A stretch of DNA of 20,000 nucleotides, from IMG/VR virus record IMGVR_UViG_3300045284_000309. One strand, written 5' to 3'. Position 1 is the first letter of the stretch, and each line of letters starts with the position of its first letter. This DNA comes from an uncultured virus (IMG/VR IMGVR_UViG_3300045284_000309). Its lineage: Duplodnaviria; Heunggongvirae; Uroviricota; Caudoviricetes. The position numbers were made by a program, and so were the translations under genes. The notes under the pieces are model-generated. The model was given only the letters and a program-made list of their open reading frames with translations. It was not told the DNA's origin and did no database searches. Shown here piece after piece: positions 14,454 through 20,000 of this stretch.

Positions 14454-15771
14454 GGCTACCCAACCTCGATTTTATTTTGATCCCATTTCGCTTGTAGGTC
14501 GAGCGGCGCTGGTTCCATTGGTGACGCAAGACGCCTACGTTGTCCACCAAATCGTAAATTTTCGCGTCCTTCTTTCCAGGATGCGCTCTCAGCGCCCGCC
14601 CGACTTGTTGGATAAGTCTTCCCTCATGCTTTCCGGGAAAAGCAAGCACAACTCGATTGAGTCGTGGAATATCGAGAGCCTCGTCTGCAAGCTGTGTAGA
14701 TAGGAGACATCGTAGCTCTCCAGACCGGAAGCGGTCGAGGATTTCAACTCGATCATGTCGGCTACGTTTGCCTGTAAGGATCTCACCCGACTCTTGCATG
14801 TGTCCAGCGATGTTTCCAAGGTGAGCAATCCGTCGGCTAAGGACAAGAACAGAATTTCCATCTTGGATTTCTCTGTCAACAATTTCAGCGATCCTCCTGT
14901 TTCGCCCTTCGTCTTCCACGAGTCGATTGAGCAGAGGCATCCAGTCGAACGGGCCTCGGTACATCGAGCGGAAGCCAGTTTTTACCGGCTCCACTTGTAC
15001 CTTCACCGTTGACGTGAATTTCATTCGATGGATGATCGGGCCAATGATGAACTGCATCGTCGGGTGCATGCCGTCTGCCCGCGTAGGAGACGCCGTAAAG
15101 CCGAAGCGGTATCGAGCAGGACACTGATTGAGAACAGCTTCCCAGGACGGCGCAGAGACGTGATGACCCTCGTCAGCGATTACAACGCCGAACTGCTTCC
15201 AGAAACTCTTGTCGGTTCCGTAGCCGACGAATTTCTGAAGCGTCTGCACGGTTGCAATCGTGATGTGACCGATGTGAAATTCCTTCCCACGGACGACTCC
15301 GACATCAGCATCGGGTAGCGCAACCTTCGCAGCTTCGATCCACTGCTGGAGAATGTCCTCCGTGTGGACGATTACAAGCGTCCTCGTCTTGGCCAGGGAA
15401 GCGAAGGCGAGAGCGATCTGAGTCTTGCCCGTGCCAGGCGGACGGATGATCAACCCTTGCTCGTGCTCAAACATGGATTTCACTGCATCAAGCTGGCCCT
15501 TGAAGCGAGCATCCTTCTCCACGTCATCGAGCTTCACCGTGAAATCGAGCTTTGGCATCGGCGGGCACGTCCGCTTGTCGTGGTACGTGATCGAATCCGG
15601 CATGAGGTTCCAAGCGCCGCGAGGGAGCTTGTAGACACCCTTGGTAATCACTCGCCGGTAGCACATGACGACATCGCCATCGATTTCAAACGTGAGTTGA
15701 CGCTCAAGCTTCTTCCACTGTTCCGGAGTCAACTCTGAAATTCCAACAGTGAGTTGGGCGGTGACGATCAT
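14446..15771 (-). CDS. Superfamily 2 DNA helicase (UvsW/XPB-like)
   Basis: PPGTGKT, DEGHH, TASP, QQVGRALR; ATG 15771 after GAAGGAG. Confidence 0.9.
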   Translation of the reverse strand: MIVTAQLTVGISELTPEQWKKLERQLTFEIDGDVVMCYRRVITKGVYKLPRGAWNLMPDSITYHDKRTCPPMPKLDFTVKLDDVEKDARFKGQLDAVKSMFEHEQGLIIRPPGTGKTQIALAFASLAKTRTLVIVHTEDILQQWIEAAKVALPDADVGVVRGKEFHIGHITIATVQTLQKFVGYGTDKSFWKQFGVVIADEGHHVSAPSWEAVLNQCPARYRFGFTASPTRADGMHPTMQFIIGPIIHRMKFTSTVKVQVEPVKTGFRSMYRGPFDWMPLLNRLVEDEGRNRRIAEIVDREIQDGNSVLVLSRRIAHLGNIAGHMQESGEILTGKRSRHDRVEILDRFRSGELRCLLSTQLADEALDIPRLNRVVLAFPGKHEGRLIQQVGRALRAHPGKKDAKIYDLVDNVGVLRHQWNQRRSTYKRNGIKIKSRLGSLG

Positions 15772-16226
15772 AGCTCCTTCACTCCCTTCTGAGCGCCACC
15801 GACGCGAACCTGGAAGAAAATCTCGTGCATCATCATCGCCTGCTTGCGAACCCACTCTCTCGGGACTTCAGCCATTTCGGGATGGGCCACGTAGAAGTTT
15901 TTCACTGAGCGCTCGCACAGACCCTTCTTGTCGTTCGCTTCGATGAAATCGTGGCATGGCTCGCAAGCAGCCCAGCCTCCTCGTGATCCCCAGCCCACGG
16001 CAGGCTCGACCACGCCGAAATCTCGTGCGTCGTAGCTCCAGCCGACTTCAGGCGCAGAGCAGAAGTCACAGATGGCCTCGTCTGGGCCTACACGGACTTC
16101 AACGTCAAGCCCCTCCTCGGCAAATGGGGTGCCGAATTGATGCGCTTCGATAGGCGTGTCGAACGGCCCGTGGATTTTCTGCTTTGCGCCTTCCTCGAAG
16201 GCGACATGAACGAAATACTTTGGCAT
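15768..16226 (-). CDS. Hypothetical Zn-finger protein
   Basis: CDFC...WAACEPCH. Confidence 0.75.
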   Translation of the reverse strand: MPKYFVHVAFEEGAKQKIHGPFDTPIEAHQFGTPFAEEGLDVEVRVGPDEAICDFCSAPEVGWSYDARDFGVVEPAVGWGSRGGWAACEPCHDFIEANDKKGLCERSVKNFYVAHPEMAEVPREWVRKQAMMMHEIFFQVRVGGAQKGVKEL

Positions 16227-16232
16227 GGCTCC

Positions 16233-16262
16233 AGTGTATCAGACCCTGGGACAGTTACGCAA
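16233..16262 (-). promoter_or_regulatory. sigma70-type promoter with CCCAGGG box
   Basis: TTGCGT-N18-TACACT; ATG follows after 6 nt. Confidence 0.7.
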
Positions 16263-17043
16263 GCCCACCTGAAATAGCCCCGGTTTGGCTCAGTTCAAGG
16301 AAAAACGTCCAGGCGACCGCGAGCGCGTCATACTCGTCGGCAGGCTGTACGGCCTTTGCCTTCGATCCTTCCGGCCTTGGAGTCTTGCCGCCCTTGCGCT
16401 CGATGATGTCCGGGAAGTCTGGAATTTCATTCGGGAATGCACCCATGAAGGCGTAGCCCGGATTCATGGCCCACTGCTTTGAGCGAAACTTCCCAGAGTC
16501 GGCCGGACGACAGTTGTATTTCAGCGCAAGCTCAGGCGACTTCCATTTGGTGTGATGGATTGTAATTTCAAGATCCTCTGCAACCATCATCCGCCAGCGC
16601 GTCGTGTTGATCTGTGCAACGTTCGTGTAGCCCCAGCGGATTAGTCCTCCAAGGAACGCGCCTGAAATTTCCGCCTGCTGCTTCAGGAAGCCGGATGTCT
16701 TGCCCAGAGACATCCCCATCGGCCACGGCTCCTCCTGGGCTATGAAAATCTCCTCCAGTTCCAGCATCGGCATGATCAAATGGCCCTGAAGCGTCCAGAT
16801 GATTTGATGGCTCATCGAAGCCGCCTTGATCCGGTCGAAATACTCGTGCTCAGGAGAATTCCAGCGAACCGTGCTGAAGACTGGCCCCTTCAGCTTCTGC
16901 GTGATTGCGTCATACCCGAAGGCCGCACCTGAAATTGACGACATGCTGGTGTCAAAGCCGCAGATCATCCAGCCGTGTTTCTTGCGCGTGTCCTTCGCGC
17001 CGTATTTCTTATGCTTCGCTAGAGCTTTCACTGAGACTTTCAT
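16255..17043 (-). CDS. RuvC-like Holliday junction resolvase
   Basis: ICGFDTS (RNase H-fold catalytic Asp), IAQEEP, DEYDALAVA. Confidence 0.7.
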   Translation of the reverse strand: MKVSVKALAKHKKYGAKDTRKKHGWMICGFDTSMSSISGAAFGYDAITQKLKGPVFSTVRWNSPEHEYFDRIKAASMSHQIIWTLQGHLIMPMLELEEIFIAQEEPWPMGMSLGKTSGFLKQQAEISGAFLGGLIRWGYTNVAQINTTRWRMMVAEDLEITIHHTKWKSPELALKYNCRPADSGKFRSKQWAMNPGYAFMGAFPNEIPDFPDIIERKGGKTPRPEGSKAKAVQPADEYDALAVAWTFFLELSQTGAISGGLA

Positions 17044-17242
17044 CGAACCTGAGGAACAGCTTGCACAGGCTTTTGAATTCCTCGACGCTAAACGGAATTA
17101 CGATCTCATCACCCTCGTCCAGCGAATACGCCAACTCTACGTATTCGTACCCGGACAGAAACACAGGATATTTCAGCGAAAACTCTGCTTCAGCGCCTGG
17201 CGGATCATCACTGGCGGCGAAATGAATGCGCTCCTCCATCAT
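17009..17242 (-). CDS. Hypothetical acidic protein
   Basis: ATG 17242 after AAAGGAG. Confidence 0.65.
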   Translation of the reverse strand: MMEERIHFAASDDPPGAEAEFSLKYPVFLSGYEYVELAYSLDEGDEIVIPFSVEEFKSLCKLFLRFDESLSESSSEA

Positions 17243-17457
17243 GCTCCTTTTCGCCTTCGATGTAGTCGTCTTTGAATTGCAGATTGCCAGACGCTCGGCG
17301 GAGTGATACACGACGCCCTCACAGCGTAAAGGGTGAGCTTGAAAAACGTGGCAATCTCCTGCGCTGTCCAGCCCTCTCGTGCGAGCGTGTCGATATGTTG
17401 CGCACCAATTTCACAAAGCCAAGTCTTGCGGTACGGTTCAGCAACAACATGAGTCAT
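17239..17457 (-). CDS. Small HTH-like protein
   Basis: LAREGWTAQEIATFFKLTLYAVR resembles an HTH; GAGGAG RBS. Confidence 0.6.
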   Translation of the reverse strand: MTHVVAEPYRKTWLCEIGAQHIDTLAREGWTAQEIATFFKLTLYAVRASCITPPSVWQSAIQRRLHRRRKGA

Positions 17458-17774
17458 GAGTGCTCCTCGCAGAGTGTGTGAGGGACTTCCTGATCCTTGG
17501 CGCGAACACCTTTGGCTGAAATATCCCGCCAGAGTGTCAGCGCCTTATCATGGGCATTGACATCATCGAGCCGCGATCCCATGATCTCGTAGACCACCTG
17601 AATTTCATCGGCCATGATGTTCACGACCTGGCGTGTCGGTATTTCATGGCGCGACTTCTTCTCGGCCTGACTGCGGACGACTGGAATCCTCGCCTCGTAT
17701 TCCGCAAGGGCTTCCTCGTCCGCAGTCACGGCCTCCTGCCGCCGCTTAGCCTTAGCGACAGGGCGCTTCATCAC
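17454..17774 (-). CDS. Hypothetical protein
   Basis: Coupled ORF in the gene string. Confidence 0.7.
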   Translation of the reverse strand: MMKRPVAKAKRRQEAVTADEEALAEYEARIPVVRSQAEKKSRHEIPTRQVVNIMADEIQVVYEIMGSRLDDVNAHDKALTLWRDISAKGVRAKDQEVPHTLCEEHS

Positions 17775-17965
17775 GCGGACTCGATGGTGACGGTGATGCT
17801 CTCGGGAACTTCAACCTTACCATCGAAACCGGACTTGCGAACGTACAGCGTCGGCACCGGAGCGGTGTCCTCCTTCGCGCTGAAAACGTGAGTACCCTTG
17901 GTGGAACGCTCGAAATTCATCTCCACCGTAATCGCCTTCGCTGCCTTCTTTGCTACGGCCATCAT
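17771..17965 (-). CDS. Hypothetical small beta-rich protein
   Basis: AAAGGAG RBS. Confidence 0.7.
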   Translation of the reverse strand: MMAVAKKAAKAITVEMNFERSTKGTHVFSAKEDTAPVPTLYVRKSGFDGKVEVPESITVTIESA

Positions 17966-18393
17966 TTACTCCTTTTTGTTGGCTTGAGACATCGAGCGCA
18001 CTTGCCCGATGGCAATTTGAAATTGGCGATCTGGATATCGAATTCTGCGCAGGCTATGAAGATCCGAATGGCGAACCAGTTCAAGCTATGCCCTTGAACC
18101 ACTTGCAGCCGGGATTCATCCGCCGTGATCGCCTTGCCCCGGAATTTGAAAACCGGCTTGCCCGCCATCCGTGTCATCGTCTCCACCATCGTATCGATGG
18201 CCTTCCTCGTGTTGGCATCCTGGAGGAGATAGATTTCACGAGCGTAATCGTAGCGCTCCTTGGCCGTGTCCTCCAGGTCGATCAACTCATTCTGCCAGTC
18301 ACGTTCCCACTTCCGCGCAGCCTTGGGATCGAAAAGCTCCTCGATCTCATGGACACGCGCAGATTTCACCTTTGACTTTTTGACCGGCCTCAT
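17962..18393 (-). CDS. Hypothetical protein
   Basis: ATGA overlap at 18390-18393. Confidence 0.75.
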   Translation of the reverse strand: MRPVKKSKVKSARVHEIEELFDPKAARKWERDWQNELIDLEDTAKERYDYAREIYLLQDANTRKAIDTMVETMTRMAGKPVFKFRGKAITADESRLQVVQGHSLNWFAIRIFIACAEFDIQIANFKLPSGKCARCLKPTKRSK

Positions 18394-18680
18394 CGGTTCC
18401 TGTTCTTTCGCTTCAACAGCCTGCAAATTTCACAGCTATCGACAATGTAGTCAGGGGCTACGCTCAACTCAATCCACGAGTGTTCGCAGTCATATTCCTG
18501 AAATTGCCGGATAAGCTCGATTGGATCCAGGTCATCCGCCATGTTCTCCTCGACGTAGCGAGCGAGCGGAGACAGCCCCGATGGTAGAAGGATCTCATCG
18601 GCCCAGTGTTGTTTCGGGTGCTTCTTCCTGGGCCGACGATGTACCTTCTGATATCGAGTAGTGACCTTGTTTCGTGCCAT
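18390..18680 (-). CDS. Hypothetical protein with CxH...CxxC motif
   Basis: ATG 18680 downstream of a promoter; the track's TTG start is the -35 box. Confidence 0.7.
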   Translation of the reverse strand: MARNKVTTRYQKVHRRPRKKHPKQHWADEILLPSGLSPLARYVEENMADDLDPIELIRQFQEYDCEHSWIELSVAPDYIVDSCEICRLLKRKNRNR

Positions 18681-18687
18681 CTCCTGG

Positions 18688-18716
18688 AAGATATCAGTCC
18701 CAGGGATGGTTGTCAA
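18688..18716 (-). promoter_or_regulatory. sigma70-type promoter with CCCTGGG box
   Basis: TTGACA-ACCATCCCTGGGACTGA-TATCTT. Confidence 0.8.
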
Positions 18717-18719
18717 GGG

Positions 18720-19208
18720 CTAATCGATTGGAGCGCGTTCGGATGTTTGCCGTGAAATCTCGCGAGACGCAGCGTTCCTGATGCCCTCGTACGTGCGGAC
18801 GACAGCCTCCATGAGCGTGAGCTTGATCTCGATAGCAGAAATTTCATCGAGGAACCCGGCGATCTCCTCGTCGTCCTCCATCATCGCGTCCACGATGTTC
18901 TTCGGTTTCCCCGGATTCCGAATTCTGAATTTCGCTTGTGCGATTCGCAGTTCGCGCTTCAGCCTGAGTATGTCGGACTCCAGCAGAGCGGCGTTGAAAA
19001 CCGCATGCGAATGACGGACGGCGTAACGGGACTGAAGCTCGCCTATGCCCCTGGAGGAGAGCCGAGTGAAATCGAGCGGCACTCTTTCATCGTCTGGCGG
19101 AATATCTTCAGGGACGACGATTCCTGCCGTGGCCATCCAATGCAGCGCCCGAGATTTCGGGGTAGAGATTTTCAATTCCTTCGGCGCGTTCTTCTTGCGG
19201 ACTGTCAT
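18720..19208 (-). CDS. Coiled-coil protein, possibly a UvsY-like recombination mediator
   Basis: All-helical pattern ending ASREISR, next to the exonuclease; family call tentative. Confidence 0.5.
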   Translation of the reverse strand: MTVRKKNAPKELKISTPKSRALHWMATAGIVVPEDIPPDDERVPLDFTRLSSRGIGELQSRYAVRHSHAVFNAALLESDILRLKRELRIAQAKFRIRNPGKPKNIVDAMMEDDEEIAGFLDEISAIEIKLTLMEAVVRTYEGIRNAASREISRQTSERAPID

Positions 19209-20000
19209 CTTCCCTTCCTTAGTATTTTCGTGACTCTCTCTGCCGTCGTCGGTTCCCGTACCGCGAGCTTTTCACGCAGCCTCTGTGTGTGTGCCTTCCC
19301 TGAAGCCTCCACTTCGTCATGGCAGATGTTCCGGAACTGACATGACGTGAAATTCCTGTCCTTCAGGGACTTGCAGAGCGGCGGGGGCATCTCGCCCTTC
19401 TCCTCGAAATCGCGCAGTAGCTCCAGCCTGGAGCGGACACGCCTTCCGTTCTTCTCCAGTGTAATTACAGCCTCCTGAAGAATGTCCTTGGCTCCGCTCT
19501 TGTCCTCGACCACGAGCAAGCCGCGCTCGATTGCAAACGGCTTTGCCCTGGCCGCATTCCAGAGCACGAGATAATTTCCGACCTGGCTCTTGTAGCCGAC
19601 CGGAATCTTCCCGTAGCCGACTCGCGTTGCCGACCACGTATTCAGCCCCTTGAAATCGATCACGAGTGGCTCTCCGTGAACGAACGCGACGACATCGATG
19701 GTGCCCATGTTGTCGCCCCGCTTTGATTTCACAGGCCGCTCGTAATCGTAGACACTAAAAATCTCGGAGTTGTTGATCGCCTTCTCCATCTTGTAAAGCG
19801 CGAACTGCCATTTGATGTGAAGGAAATTCCCGGTCATAAAAAAGTAATGCGAGCGGAAATCGTACGGAGACGGTGCTCCTTCCGGCCGTACGGCATGCCG
19901 AGTCAGGTACGACTTGCGGACGCATGGATCGCCCAGAGACGACGGTGAAAAGACCCCCAGACCTTCAGTGCGCCGTTCCTCCTCACGACGCATCATCTTT
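19205..20000 (-). CDS. Cas4-like PD-(D/E)XK exonuclease (start may lie outside the window)
   Basis: SPSSLGDPCVRK, GTIDVV...IDFKG, QVGNY, C-terminal C...CQFRNIC Fe-S ligands. Confidence 0.85.
   Translation of the reverse strand, partial: KMMRREEERRTEGLGVFSPSSLGDPCVRKSYLTRHAVRPEGAPSPYDFRSHYFFMTGNFLHIKWQFALYKMEKAINNSEIFSVYDYERPVKSKRGDNMGTIDVVAFVHGEPLVIDFKGLNTWSATRVGYGKIPVGYKSQVGNYLVLWNAARAKPFAIERGLLVVEDKSGAKDILQEAVITLEKNGRRVRSRLELLRDFEEKGEMPPPLCKSLKDRNFTSCQFRNICHDEVEASGKAHTQRLREKLAVREPTTAERVTKILRKGR

Noticed and set aside
19205..20000. Cas4-like gene as evidence for CRISPR-Cas
   Set aside because: No repeat-spacer array or other cas genes; solo Cas4-like exonucleases are common in phage recombination modules

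Overview
A 20 kb segment of a GC-rich dsDNA bacteriophage genome. The host is unknown; several protein motifs resemble those of actinobacteriophages. No structural or integration genes are visible. Bases 88-2274 carry a + strand two-gene module (CobS/MoxR-type AAA ATPase and partner) ending in tandem terminators, followed by a repeat-rich non-coding gap (~2.3-3.0 kb). All remaining genes are on the - strand: small early-type genes (3.0-11.6 kb), an AT-hook/histone H1-like protein, HIRAN and HTH proteins, and a recombination module (SF2 helicase, RuvC-like resolvase, possible UvsY-like protein, Cas4-like exonuclease). Most of the notable signal is non-coding: ten sigma70-type promoters, six with a shared CCCWGGG-type box in the spacer; a conserved CTTCCGACA leader motif before RBSs, plus a terminator-ended 3' UTR that is antisense to it; a promoter-driven tRNA-like RNA with a 16-bp extended acceptor stem, a 10-nt anticodon loop and no CCA; a candidate ~430-nt structured RNA; and apparent window-wide enrichment of TGAAA/TTTCA. 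Two related HNH genes have each inserted into a coding sequence, flanked by recoded duplicates of the disrupted terminus. All calls were made by eye, without database searches.
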